A stretch of DNA of 64,000 nt from Vermamoeba vermiformis (Eukaryota), in NCBI GenBank assembly GCA_045837725.1, contig JBEWZL010000077.1:558001-622000 (forward strand). Direction: 5' to 3'. The notes below the pieces were generated by a model, which was given only the letters and a program-made list of their open reading frames with translations, made no database searches and was not told the DNA's origin. Of this stretch, positions 1 through 13,845 are shown piece after piece. A program made the translations under genes and the position numbers. Position 1 is the stretch's first letter. Every line of letters begins with the position of its first letter.

Positions 1-3000
1 AATTGCAGAGGTAAGCTAGATCATATCTAATACAATATTCATAGTATTTATAGTATTATCGGCATTATTATATATTTTTGGCATTTTTTGCAGGATTTTT
101 CTAACGGTCTAATTTTTTTTTTTGTAGCATTTAAAGAATATGTCCAACGTCAACGGCTTACTTGAAATTATCTCTGGCTTGGGACAAGTGCCTGTATTTC
201 GTTTAGATAAGACTTGGGAGGTACGTCTGACTTGCTCATTATAATTACCAAAATCAAAATGGATCCCGCAACAAATTTGCGTTGTTGAGCCAACTATTAT
301 GATTATTTTCTATCGATCGTATACCATATTACAAACGGATGGTAAAGCAAAATGACGAGTAGATCTGATTAGTTTGCTATTTTAGGAAGTGGATTCAAAA
401 GTTCGCCGATCATTTTTGCAAATGCAAGAGCTAACGCATGCAGAAAAGAATTACAAACGAATCAGAGAGTTTTTGAAAGGAAAATCACCCGCTATTCCTT
501 TTATTGGCGTTTACTTGACGGATCTTACGTTCATTGAAGAAGGCCACAAAAATACCTCGACAATCAACGAGAGCTTAATCAATTTTACTAAGAGAAGACA
601 GACCGCTGAGACTATTAGAAAGATTAGGTACGTACTACTGAATTACGAACAAAATTTATGGATCTGACTATGTTTGGCCGTTACAGAGACTTCCAAGCGT
701 ATCCATACCCATTTGAACCAGTCCAATCTATTCAAGCTAAGCTAAGAAACTTGCGTATATTAGATGAGTCAACTCTCGACGAGTGTAGTTACTGGATCCA
801 ACCTCGCGCTGGTACGTCTCATTTACAATAGATTGGTGTCGCATTAATAGTTCATTGAAATACATACATCAATATAAATATACCGAATATATGCATAATT
901 TATTAATCCTCTTTAATGTAGATAAAGAAAGAGGACCCAAACCAGATGCGATGAACATCAATTACAGACCGCCAGAGGACATTAGATTTGATCTCGAAAT
1001 TATCAAAGACTATCCGTTCTATGCAGCAGATGATCCTACAAATATCCGTGTTGAAAAAGATTCCAATCAGATCAAGGGCGGTACGCTGCCTAAAATTATT
1101 GAGCGATTGACGCATCATAAGACACCAGGTACGTCATAGTATTAATGACATATATGCATATGTTAATTTTTATATTAGATGGTGCTTCATTGCCGACGTT
1201 CTTAGCTACGTACCGAACATTTACTACTCCTCATGAGGTTTTGGATCTGCTAATTTGGAGGTACTCAATGCCTGCTTGTCGTGATAGATCACTTGACGTA
1301 CAAACAAAATTTAAAGAGTTAATGCTCGTGCCTGTTACTACAAGGTAAGTTTTATCAAGTTTGTAACGGATCTTCCTAAAAAGGAAAGTCCGTTCTAATT
1401 CGAGGATTTAATTGAATGCATTTGGGCTAATTAAAACTTATAGAGTCTTTAATGTGCTTAAGTTATGGGTTGAGAAGCATTACTACGATTTTGAAGCGGA
1501 TCCCGAGCTGAAAAAGAAGCTAGTCAATTTCATCGAGACTAAATTAGCTGGAACAACGTGGCAAGGCTTAATGAAGAATTTAATCGCCAAAAAAGAAGGT
1601 CAACCTGGTTTGGTGAGCGCTGGATCCACTCTGACGAGAAAAGAGAAGCCTCCTGCGCCTATTTTGACCTGTACTTGCCCACCGAACTTTACACCGACTA
1701 TATTCGACTATCATCCTGAAGAAGTTGGTCGTCAAATGACTTTAATGCTGCATGATCTCTACGTGCAGATCCGGTACGTACAAACCGACAACTCGGAAAT
1801 TTAATCGATTATTAGCGTTAGTATATGATACAAATATTATTAATACGCAATATTAATCATATTGTTATATTTATAGACCGCCAGAGTTCATTACAATGGC
1901 TCAGAAGTTCCGTCGTGCAGCGCTCCAAGCGAAGCAAGCGCACGATCCAGATTTGTACATTAAAGCAGCCAATGGCATGGCTCTACAGTCAGCAGCGAAT
2001 AGAATTCGCAATTGGTTAGAAAATGAAGTTCAAGCCGCACGTAGATCCGGCACTTTGGCTCCGGTACGTAACTAAAAAAATTCCGCGAATTTTTTTAAAT
2101 TATACTAACGCTTTGTACAGCTAATCTCGCAGCTGTTGGATATAGCAGCATGCTGTTCTAGATTGAACAATCATTTGACCTTAAAGACAATCATTTCAGT
2201 GTTAGAAAAGACTTACATCAAAGAGCTGCAACCCGTGTGGATGGTACGAAACACGCGACTTTTCCGAGCTTAGTATATATATCTAACTACTTACTATAGT
2301 CCATCGAGATCGACAAACGCAAGTTCTTTTTCGATAACAAAGAGCTGATGAGCAGGAATAATTACGCAAAGTACAAAGAACGTCTAAAGATGCTCTCGCC
2401 GCCTGCTGTCCCGTACTTGGCAACTTTCCTCGAAGAAATTGCGATGATTGAAGACGACTTGCCTGATATTGTCAGCGAGCGTATGATTAATTTTCAAAAG
2501 AAGCACTCTATTGGTGAATTATTAGTCAAACTTCAAGCGTAAGCAACTTTATAAATTTTTTCGATCCAGATCTAGCCGACCAAATCTAACCGTACCTTTT
2601 GTTTAGTATGCAATCTATTCCTTATATGTTAGTAATAGTAGACCCTATTCAAAACTTAATCACGCGAATTCTCAATGGCACGCCGCCACAGTCCCCGCAA
2701 TTGTTGTCAATGTCCGGATCTTTCATGCGCGGCACTGAAGCTAATATGGTACGCCTTACTGAGGTACCTGCTGATGAAGTCAAGCGATCGCTAATAGACT
2801 TGGTTACAAATGATACTGAAATGAAGACAATGGTAAGTTCGAACTTCTTTTTCGATCGGATTCGCCTTTTTTAGCATCAAATTCTTTCATATTCAATCCC
2901 GTACATCTATATCATATAAGATACATTCAATTCATTTAATATCTTACTAATGTATTTCAATTAGCTTCGTACTCTGATCACCGAAACTCTGAGCGAAGAA

Positions 3001-3045
3001 ATGGCGCAACTAAATCTGCTTCTGAGAAGTGATTCTAATTATTAA
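1..3045 (+). CDS. RasGEF with two CDC25-like domains and an intervening REM domain (multi-exon; 5' end outside the window)
   Basis: Spliced motifs: NGLLEIISGL, PAIPFIGVYLTDLTFIEEG and LINFTKRRQ (CDC25 no.1); IKGGTLPKIIERL, FLATYRTFTTP and RVFNVLKLWVEKHYYDF (REM); PEEVGRQMTL, PAVPYLATFLEEIAMIED and MINFQK (CDC25 no.2). GT-AG introns; stop TAA ends at 3045. Confidence 0.85.
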
Positions 3046-3165
3046 GACATAACTGTACTATTATACACCCACAAAATAATAATAAAACACCCTTCATCCC
3101 TTTCGTTGGACCGAGCTGAAAAAGTAGCAAAGAATTTGGATTTGACTTTCTTTTATCCTTATCAA

Positions 3166-5485
3166 ATGGAGAACACAACCGACCAAGTTAGCATCTTTTC
3201 ATTGCCCGCGGAGCTGTTGTTACTTATATTTAATAAGATCTCGCTGGCTGATATTACAAGGTAGCAGACCAATTTTTTATTACGATCCAAAAATTCGAAT
3301 CTGTTTTTAATAATTATATTAAATTCCTTATCAGCTATTTTAATAAATAAATAAATAATATTAAAATTTATTAGGACAGAAGCGACGAGTAAACAATGGC
3401 AGAAAATATCTTGGGGCTCCATCCACACTTTTCACGCTAATATCACTAGCCCGTCTTTATTTGCGAAGGCTTTGGCTAAAATGAACCCTTTATATTTACA
3501 AAGTATCAAGGTGAAGGCTCAAGATGCTCAACCAACGCCAGATCTGCGCCTCTTTGAAAAGTTCACGAAACTTCACAAGATCCAGCTTAATAATTTCAGT
3601 ACTGAGGACATAGAATTGATAATACCCCTCGTTACTTACATTAGACACTTGGATTTGATGCGTATTGATGATAAGCAATTCAAAATAATCTCCTCGTCGT
3701 TGACAAATTTGACACGATTGGATCTCACCGTTAGCAGCATGGAAGGTAAGATCATTAGATAGAACTATATATGATTAATAATAATTTAATACATAATTAT
3801 GTATCTTATCCGAATCAAAAACTTTTGCTTTTGTTTTTAACGCGAATAAACGAGTTTTTCGTTGGAAAATTATTTATTCGGAACTATTTTTTTCAAAGAT
3901 AAATAGCGTACTATAGACACGTATTTATAATTTTCATTACTAATATATTTTTCTGTCATAGTAATGCCAGGTGTCACAAATTTGACACGTCTGAATCGCC
4001 TGTCATTAAATTTCAGCAACAATCTCACAGACAGCGCAGCACAAGATATTTTCATGAATTTGACGAATTTAACGCGCTTGCAGCTGTTCAGATGCGATAA
4101 AATCAGCCCCGAATGTTTTCAACAAGTTTCGCAGCTCAAAAAGTTGAAGTATTTGGACATTGGCTTGCCTCACTGCTACGATGCAAAATATTTCACGTGT
4201 CTGCAAAGATTGCCTAATTTGGAAGGACTGGAGTTTTGGTTCTTTGGCAATCTCACGGATGAGTCGTTCAGATTGATCGGAGATATTCCGACGTTGACAC
4301 GATTGATATTTTTCGTTGAACGAGGTCAAGTGACACCACGTGGCTTGGAAAATTTATCAAAATTATCACAGCTGTTGGATCTGACATTTGACTACGAACG
4401 AGGGGCGCCTCTATTGAACGACCATTTTATCAGCCATTTGACCAATTTGACAAAGCTAGATGGCCAAATAAGGAAAGAAAATATAACAGCATTGACAACA
4501 TTGAAAAATTTACGGGAATTTCGCGTTGAAACAAAGGGCGACATCGAAGAAGAATTTTTCATGAATTTGGCCAAGTTGACAGCACTCTCAGATCTGACTT
4601 TATACTCGCTCATCGGGTATCTTGGCTTCACTATATTGACCTCATTGAATCATTTGACGAGCTTGAGGATTGATTGCTGTGACGTGCATAGCGATTTAGT
4701 GGACGAACATTATGGCTATAGTCAACGTAAGTTTCTTCTAGAAAATCGATCTTTTTATTTACAAGAAATATTTTTCATTTAATTATCAAAGGTTTTAAGG
4801 GTTAGGGTTAGGGGGCGGTCACCGTTAGAAATTCTAACAGGCGTTGTGTGATTTACCACGTGTTTGTTAGAATTTTCTCGCCGCTCACAAAATCACAAAT
4901 GTTTTAAAAGCTTAGCGTTCAAATTTCAAGTGCTTAAATAGCGTTGCTAGTCTTGATTATCATATTTAAATATATATTCTTGGTAGACGCCGCTAAAAAC
5001 GGCTACTCAACGCTTAACTTGCTGGAACACAAGTGGTTGGTCAGAAATTCCATAGAAATTAAAGATTTTCGTTTTTTTTTTGTTCACTTTTGAACGATAA
5101 AAACGGCGTATTGACCGCACCCTTAATGAAAAAATTCGGAGGCAGATCAATTTTTTTTGTTGCAGATCTAACTTAAAGTTGTTAAGTTTTTCAAGTATGC
5201 ATACTTATTAATTTTATAGGTCTGGTGGATCAATTGGTGACTTTAACCAGGTTAAAAAGATTGCACGTGGCTGTCGATAAATGCGACAACTTATCGCAGT
5301 TAACAAATCTCGAAGAGCTTTCAGTCGCTCAATTTCTAGCCAATAGAACTATAGAAGAATTAGCCCCGTTAATAACGTTACCAAAGTTACGTAGATTTCG
5401 AGCAGACCACTATCAAATACCCATCAAAGAGCTTGAAAAAATGCACCGAAATATCGCACCACACCTTCAATTCTTTGAACAATGA
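3166..5485 (+). CDS. F-box / leucine-rich-repeat protein
   Basis: ATG at 3166; IFSLPAELLLLIFNKISLADI is F-box-like; many LTNLTRLDL / LxxLxxLxL repeats in ORFs 3472-3762, 3964-4782 and 5225-5485, joined by GT-AG introns. Confidence 0.8.
4796..4813 (+). repeat. Short TTAGGG-type repeat (TAAGGG TTAGGG TTAGGG)
   Basis: Read directly; the third unit is formed by the MITE TSD plus the start of the TIR. Confidence 0.5.
4811..5122. mobile_element. Non-autonomous PIF/Harbinger (Tourist-like) MITE, 312 bp, in an intron
   Basis: TIRs GGGGGCGGTCA (4811-4821) and TGACCGCACCC (5112-5122) match 10/11; TTA on both flanks (4808-4810, 5123-5125) is a TWA-type TSD; no ORF; the host intron is unusually long for this window. 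Confidence 0.7.
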
Positions 5486-5806
5486 GCGCAGTGAATAAAT
5501 TTGACGGTTACCGGCAACTACTATTTGTTTGGAGCTCGATAATTGGATTTATATGAGACTCAAGCAAGTATCAGCTGCTGTTACCAGATCCGACCTGTTT
5601 GGTTGTCAAAGGGCGCAAAAGAGAATCATAGAACGAGTCGTATTGGGTCAATAAGTATTCAACAATATTAATATATATTTTAACTTTATATAATTTAAAC
5701 AAAAACAAATTGGTTTCCGTCAGAAAAAGAAACCATACAATTTTTAAAAATCAGATTAGATTGGACCATCAGGCTCTCAGCTAACCTAACAAGATTGGTG
5801 ATCGGA

Positions 5807-8800
5807 TTAAAACAACAACTGCGAGTAATACTTCATCTTGCCAGGATACTTGTTTGCTTTGATGAGTGCATTTTTGAGCTTGTCTTGGTCGAACAAGAAC
5901 TGATTGTAATAATTCAGTTCTGTAATGCCCATGTCAATCTTGCACAGCTCACAATACAACTTCATCTTGGGCAATAGTGCCATAAGCACATGGTCGGGAG
6001 TTGGATTCTTCTCTACAACCTTAAGCATACTCGTAATGTCACTGAGGTAGACTTGGTGGAGGTCCTAATTATGAAATGAAATTAAACTCAATCAAATTAA
6101 TGTTGACTTGACGTACCGCCAATCCTTTCAAGCCAAACATTTTGACTTGCCAAAGTCGCTGAAGAAACAGTCTCTCGTCGCACTGCGCATTGTAAACAAA
6201 CGTGCATGTAAGAAATGGATTACTTACTATATTGAAGAAAGGCTTGCGAAGGAGAAGGTTGGATCTGAGTGCAGTCCACGCCGCTCTTGGGTACATCGTG
6301 GTGAGGATGTCAAGGCACTCAGTGCGAAGAATGATGTTGAAGACGTCGCCACTAGGAAAGCCTCCTCTTGCTGGATCATCACGACGAAGTTTCAGCATCG
6401 CTATTAATAGCTCCGGATCCACGTCAGGCACTCTTGTCTCAAGCATATTTAACACCTTAATAGTGCAGCTGTTAGTAATTTCTTTTACAAAGAACATGAG
6501 TGGTACTTACAAACTCTTGGAACTCGTCAAGTTCAAGCACTACTTGAGGCGAGTAAACCTTTGTCGTCGCCAAAATTTGAACGACGATGGTCAAGTAGCG
6601 CGTCAAGTGTTTGTCGTCCAAATGAGGCTCCAAGGTCGCAAGCAGGTCTGAGACACATTGAAGGTGCTTCACTTCCACTGGTCCGCTCAACATACGAGCG
6701 ATCATCACGTGCAGAAATCGTTGCGCGAACTTGAGCTTGGCGTCTTCGTTGTCGTGTTCTTCCTCGTCCTCGGCATCATCGTCATCGATTTTAGACCACT
6801 TGATGATCTTCTCAATGACTCCTTCTGCTTCAGGCGTGCACATAGTCTAAAATCACGTTAGTTTTTGAGGCCGACTTTGGTTTGTCAAACTTACTGCTTT
6901 CAGGGAGGCACCAGTTGTTTCTTTGCGCGTGCTCATGTCCAGCGGCTGAATGAACTTGTGCATCTCGATTGGCTTGGCCGCGGGCTTCTGAAACGTGAAG
7001 AGTTTGTTGATAGTAGCCCGTCCCTTGGCCTTAGCGAGAGCCGTGACAGCTTTGCTCCATTGCTCTTTCTTGTAAGGCAAGTACGCAGGAGGCTTCTCGT
7101 AGTCGGACTCCTTCTTGGCTGCAACAATCGAGGGACCTCGCGGAGTTTCATCGACGATGTCCATGGCCTCGGGCACTTGATTCATGTCCTCACTATCTTC
7201 GTCTGATGAAGATGACGAGTAGTTGTATGCGTTATCATTATCTGGCTCTACGACAGGATCAAGCACGTCCAAAATGTACGGCGGAAAAACACTCAGTACG
7301 GACTCAATGAGTTGGTCTTGACCGCACGACAAAACGTTCTGCGCGCTCTTGCAACAAGCCAAGAAGTGAGACTTTCGGATTGGCACGCCAATGTCGAATG
7401 TTTCCGCTTCGATTTTCTTCGTTAAGTTCAGTGCACTAGTGAGGAACTCTTTTGAGCCAATCATACAGCCTGTACAACTAGTTGGTCAGAAGCGGAGATT
7501 ATTGCTAATGTTCAACAGACTCACCGACATCGATGTACAGCGCGAGCCAAGCTTCGGGGCAAGCCACATTAGATTTGGCAAGTACGGTAAGTACTGCTTG
7601 GTAGCACTCTAAGTACTACAAGAAAGAAAGATGTTAGACAACGTTACAGTACATAAGGATCGAGGCAAGGCTTACCTTTTGTGCGCGTTGCTTGAGGACA
7701 GCGCAAATACCCATGATATGTTCAATGATCGCCATGTGCACGGGTGGTTTGGTTGCAGTGATAACGGCAGGTATGAGAAGCACTTGGAAGATATTTTGAT
7801 GCAGCTTGAGGAGCATTTCTTCCGTGTAGCTGTGACCGTCGTACTCCACCATCAACAGCTTCAACGCTGCAAGTGCAAGCGGCCTGTAATATGTGACATT
7901 AGTTAAGGTGGACAATTCAGCGCGGCTGTTATACTTTTCTTCGTTTGACAGAAAAGCGATTGCGTCCACGAAGCTAGTAAAGAGTGACTTGAACAAGAAC
8001 GGGGCCAGTGACGTGAGACGCAGTCCGAAGTCCTTCATCTCAATGTAGATCGAGAAAAACGCGGCGCGTCGAACTTCGTTGTGATTACCGTCGCCTGCCC
8101 CGAGCACAGTCAACGCAAATCTGTCCGCGAGAAGGTTTAGTTGACAACATCCTTGCATAGGTATTCAAAACTTACGAGATTTTGTCTCTGCGGTTAGAAT
8201 AACTCGACACGTGACAGACAGCCAACGCACTCGCACGAACGCGCCAATCAGTGCTTTTCTTGAACTCATCGCGGCACGTGGGCACGATGTCAGCGTGGAA
8301 ATTGAGCTCGGGCTTGGTAGAGCAGGCACTGAGGATTTTCTGATAACAGCCATGCCAAGGTTGTTGGAAGTACTCCTTGAAGACGCAGTTGCTTGGAAGT
8401 GGCCCGCGAGCACCTTCATGAACCATCGCAACGAGGACTTGTTTGAAGACTTGGCGGTAAAACTGCGGCGAGTCTGCGGAGCGGTTTCCCGTGGCGATGG
8501 CCTCAGTAAAGCACCGTGTGTGCTCCATTATGATGTTGAACACCTTTTTGACGTGGGCAGGGAAGTGGATCGGACTGAGGGCGAGCACATCCAGAAGGCC
8601 TTTGACCAACCGAACGTAACTATAACCATTAGCAATGGCTTAACTTAAGTCTATAATCTCGTACCTTATCTCGCTCGATTGCAGGTCGCAGCCTTCTCGT
8701 TCATAAGTAGTCAAGATCGAAACAGCGAGTCGCGCGACCTCGATCCGCTTGTACTGGACAAGAAGTGGAACCAATTCCACCAAAAGGGGAGTCAAATGTT

Positions 8801-9611
8801 GGGAATAACAATCATGGAAGTAGTCATCGAGCATTGTTTTGAAGCTGCTGTAAGACAGCTCGCTGGATGTCGGAATCATGAGTTCGCTTTCCTAATATTT
8901 TTGTCAGTTTCAGGGTTTGTTTTACCGGATGCGACAAAAATTTACCTTCGAGTAGTCCATTTCTTCCTTCCAAGAATTGATATGGTTTTGGAACAGAGAT
9001 CTGTCGGCTTGTTAGCGAAATTGTCGTAGATTTGGCAGTCTTACCGCAATTCCAAGTACTTGAGCCAGTTAACGCTCAAAGACTCCCCTATAATCAAATT
9101 AGAATATTTAGGTAAAAGACCGATCTTACCTTTGGTTACTGTTGGAATGAGAAATAGGTCTGAATCTGCCGCTACCGAAAGGCTGGCCAGATCAGAAACT
9201 CGAAGCGGTGCGACGTTGTTTCCATATGTTTTAGTACATAGAGCTTTGCCAAAGGCGTCCGATTTCGTCAACTTGTTCCATTGAGAGCAGACGAGACGGA
9301 GTTGAGCTATTTTTAGTAACAGATCAGCAAGAACTCAGCTTAGTGAATGCAAAACGATTTGATTTTAGCATCGATGTGCATTAGGTGTTATAGTGATGCT
9401 ATATTTCAATAAATATTCGCTTACAGAGGTGTTCAAATGGCACGTGTACCAAGATCTCGCATTGGAGCTCGTCAGCAAGCGATGCCAGCGACGTACGAGG
9501 TGCCTTTTTGATAGCAGTGGCTTTCTTAGGATTAGTCTTCTTGGCTGCAGCCTGAGCTGTTCGTATTGGAACATTGGTGGGATCGAGCACGAAGATTTTC
9601 TTGGAGGACAT
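5807..9611 (-). CDS. F-box protein with long, probably helical C-terminal region; tandem paralogue A
   Basis: MSSKKIFVL start; LASLADELQCEILVHVPFEHL is F-box-like; blocks shared with paralogues B and C (EFKKSTDWRVRASAL, DIGVPIRK, PYKKEQW, YNQFLFDQ). Confidence 0.75.
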
Positions 9612-10083
9612 TGTTGCAACCGTGTTGAACGGAAATGAACAACTGTTTTGACCGCTTTGAATTTGACTTCTTTGGTCATCGAGCACGTGATTTACTCTAA
9701 GGCCCTGGTTGATATTAGAAGCAAGATCTCGGCGTATTTAGATGATTAATTCTACGCAAAGGCAAGAAAGAATGCGTTATGGCGCGAATTTTTGTCCTGA
9801 ATTAGAAAGGCAACGCGATTCCTGGCATGAAGTAAAGTAAAGTTTTAAGTACCTAGTCGTATCAGCAAAAAAGATGTCGCAGTTCGAATGCTCGCTGTCC
9901 CTGACAGATTCGGGATCTGAAATTAAAATCTGGTTAAATCATTTTGCAATATTCTAAAAATATTTTTAAAACCTTATAATTTATATGTATAGTTATAGTA
10001 TACCATTTGAGCCGTTTAATGGCCATTTTGAAATTTTAAAAAACGGATGCGAAATGCAGGAAAGCGCTGCAGTTTTGTCGTGT

Positions 10084-13000
10084 TTAAAACAACAACTCCG
10101 AGTAGTACTTCATCTTGCCAGGATACTTGTTTGCTTTGATGAGTGCATTTTTGAGTTTGTCTTGGTCGAACAAGAACTGATTGTAAAAATTCAGTTCTGC
10201 AATGTCCGAGTCAATCTCGCACAGTTCGATCAATAGCTTCATCTTGGGCAACATTTCTGCCACTATTGGGTCTTGGACTTTGCTATCTAGATCTTCCGTT
10301 TTTTGTATAACTGACAAGAAGACTTCGAAAGCGTCAGTTACATGACTTGGTGTACTAATTAATTTAACCATTACCTCTTGCAGGCATCTTCCACAACGCC
10401 TAAATTGACATATAAACAAACCATATTAACTAAATTATATTCTTACCGCAAAGCCTTTCACTCCGTACAATCTGATCTGCCACAGTTGGTGTAGGCATGT
10501 CAGCCCGGGGCCCTATAAAGCATAGTTAGGCGATTAAATTATTTGCTGTCGCGACATACCACGCCAAAATATCGATAGCTAGTTAGAGTTGAGCTTTGCA
10601 GTGCGGCCCAAGCTGCTCTCGGCCACGTCTTGGCAATGACATCAAGCACTTTTATTCGTCGGCTGATTACGGCGTCTGTCACTTTACCATATTCCTCCAG
10701 TCCACGGTTAAGCTTTAAAATAGCTTTTAATAGGTCTGGCTGAACATTGGGAACTGGCAACAAAAGCTTGAGGGCCTGGATTAATATGATGAGTCAATTC
10801 AGAGAGCTTGCAAAGCGATTGGTGCGTACGTACAGCGTCAACAAACATTTCAATGATTTGTCGTGGTTCATCGGTCATGTATTTGCCAGAGCACAGTGAT
10901 TTGGCTGCAGTGCCGATATAACGTGTCAAATGAGAGTCATTCAAACGAGGTGCCAGATGACGTAGCAGCTGTATAATGCACAAGATGTGATCTTCTTGAA
11001 TCAGTCCCCACATGCAATAAGCGTTCATGATGTGCAAGAAAGTCTGCGCGTATTTTATTCCTGCTTCAGAGTCGGTCCATTTCATAATCATCTTCGTCAT
11101 TCTGTCTATTTCGGGAGTATCCAGTTCCTAATTACCACTCAATAAATCAACGAACCTGTCACTATTTTTGGCATATACTTACGTCCCTTAGCGTCCACGG
11201 AGTTACACGTTTGTAGAAGGTTGTGTTTAACGGAATGATATCTCCTTGTGGTGGCTTCTCCTCTGCAGCGATTGGTTTGAAAGTGAAGTGCTCCAATGAC
11301 GGTCCATCAGCGCTTGAACGAACACTCTCGACGGCGACTTCCCACTGATCTCGGTAGTAGGGTACGTACTCTGGAGGATCTGTAGGCAATAGTTCCAAGA
11401 GCGGGTCCACGTTTAGAGCGCCCTCGTCTTCGTCGTCATCGTCATCAGAGTCGTAATCATCCTCGCTATCACTCTCAGAGTACATCATCGGGTCAAGGTA
11501 TCCGTCCAAGACTAAGTCCGGAAACACTGTCAGTGCTGCTCTGATATATTCATCTCGTGGGCATGACGCAAAATGTTCAGCGTGCACACAACTGGCAAAG
11601 AATTGCTCTTTTCGGATTGGATACCCGATGTCCAATGTTGCATATTCAACTTGCGCGACGATTGATTCGGCTTCTGAGGCAAAATCGTCCGAAATGAAGC
11701 ACCCTACACACTGAATTAGAAATTAACTGTTAATTAGAATGACAGAACGCGTACCAATATCAATGTACGTAGCGAGCCACGCTTCAGGTATTAGTGTCTC
11801 GTGTCGCAAAGCAGAGGATGTTAGTATACTGAATAGCGTGGAGCGATAGCGCGGCAAATACTGCAAGGTATTAGACTGAGGTACTTATAGTTTGCCATCG
11901 ATTTCTTGCCTTTTTCAGCCTAGTTCTCAAGACCCAAGCGATCGTCATGATGTTGTCAATGACCAGCTGAACACCGCTAACGAACATCTCTTTGAGCACT
12001 CCAGGTGTCAACAATAGCTCAAACATGTTGTCGTGCATTACATCGAGCATCTCGTCTGTGAAGACTTCGCTTTTATAGAAATAAATGGTGACTCGTAGAG
12101 CAGACAGAGCGTGATGTCTGAGAGGAATTGAGTCAATAATTAAAGAACTGTCAATCTTACGCTTCATCCTTCGGAAGAAAGAGTAGTGCTTCAGTTGCGC
12201 GCTTCATGATTTGACGAAACACTGATGAGTCTGACGTCACGCCCGAAACTTCGAAGTTGACGGCGAGGCTAGCATATAAAGTGAAGAATGCAGCACGGCG
12301 TACTTCTGGATGAAGATCAAAGGCGGCTAGTGTTGACAGCGCAAATCTGCAGTAGATTAGTTTGCAATTTTGTCGCTGCATTGTACTCACCGAACTTTGT
12401 CAGCCAGGTATTTCGGATGCTTGCAAATTGACACGTGACAAGCAGCCAATGCGCTCGCTTGAACACCCCAATCAGTGCTCTTGTTGAATTCATAGGCACA
12501 AACAGAAATGATTTCAGGGTGCAGGTCAAGCGTTGGCTCCTTCTCCGGATACTTATCAAGTAGAACTCTGTAGCATTGAAAAAACGGTTGCCAGAAGTAT
12601 TCTTTGAACCGTGAGTTGCAGTAAGGCGTTACAGCGCCTTCGTGTATCATCGTCGAAAGAGCTTTCCTGAACACACGCCGATACTCTTCAATCGATTCTT
12701 TGGGACGAATTCCTTGCGCAAAGGCGCTGCAGATGTACTTCACATGCACCATAGCTAAGTTGTAGAACCTTTCCTGGTATGGACAGGTAGGGAAGTGGAT
12801 CCGACTAAGATCTACCAGATCTAAGAAGCTTTTAGCGAGCTGGAGGCAACTGATAAAACATTAGGACTGTTCTATATTAACCTGACTCACTTTTTAAGAT
12901 CACTCCTGTCCATCATTCCCTCAATGCCTTCTTCCGGCTTATACTCTGAGAGCAAACGAACGGCACGACCAGCTGTTTTGAACCGTTGGTAGTGAACGAG

Positions 13001-13845
13001 AAGTGGCACCAACTTTGAAAGCAGGGGCACTATATGATCAGAATTGCACATGGAGCTATTGTAGCCTTTCAATAACGTAGTGAAATTGAGGAAAGAAAGT
13101 TCACTGTCGACGTTTGGAATGTGCGCATGGCCACGCTGAGAGATCTGGTTAAAGTGACTGTTTCGTTAAAATTGAATGCTAGCATCGTACCTCAAAAAGG
13201 ATTGCGTTCCGCTCACAAGCATGCAGATGTTGTTTAAATTGAAACCTTACGACAATTAAAATCGTTCTCTGATCAGCGGATCGCAGGATCAACTTACCGC
13301 AGCTCATAGTACTTTAACCAATCAACTTTAATTATTGAGCCTGTAATATTATCAGTGTTTTGTGCGAGCAATTCGATGCTTACCTTGAGTAGTTGTAGGC
13401 AGAAGAAAGAGTTCTGAATCCACCGCTGAAGAAAGGCACGACAGATTCGCAATTCTATTTGGCGCTAAATCTTCGCCAAAAGTACTGATACATAGATTTT
13501 TGCCAAATATTGCCAATTTCGTCAACTTATTCCATGGAGAACAGACAAGTCGAATTCGAGCTAAATTTGTAACGAGTTAGATCTGGATTAGACGAGCATA
13601 AAATCTACTTCCAAAATAATATTAATGTTTAAATTATTGTCTAAGTACGATATTTGGAAGAAATATAAATTACGAAGCTCTTTGAACGGAACGTGGATCA
13701 GGATCTCCATTTGAAGTTCATCGGGAAGAGACGCCAATGTAGTATCATGCATCTCCTTTGTAACTTTGACCTTCTTAACGCATCTCGTGGCCGGTTCGAC
13801 CTCAGTGGACTGACTCTCACTTCTTGCTCGCTTTGTGGTTGACAT
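10084..13845 (-). CDS. F-box protein; tandem paralogue B
   Basis: MSTTKRARS start with basic NLS-like stretch; LASLPDELQMEILIHVPFKEL; EFNKSTDWGVQASAL, DIGYPIRK, PYYRDQW and YNQFLFDQ are collinear with paralogue A. Confidence 0.75.

Noticed and set aside
4796-4813. True telomere or chromosome end
   Set aside because: Only three imperfect units, inside an intron, with the host gene continuing on both sides.
5552-5655. Short ORF-like segment between the LRR gene and paralogue A
   Set aside because: About 33 codons with no splice or homology support.
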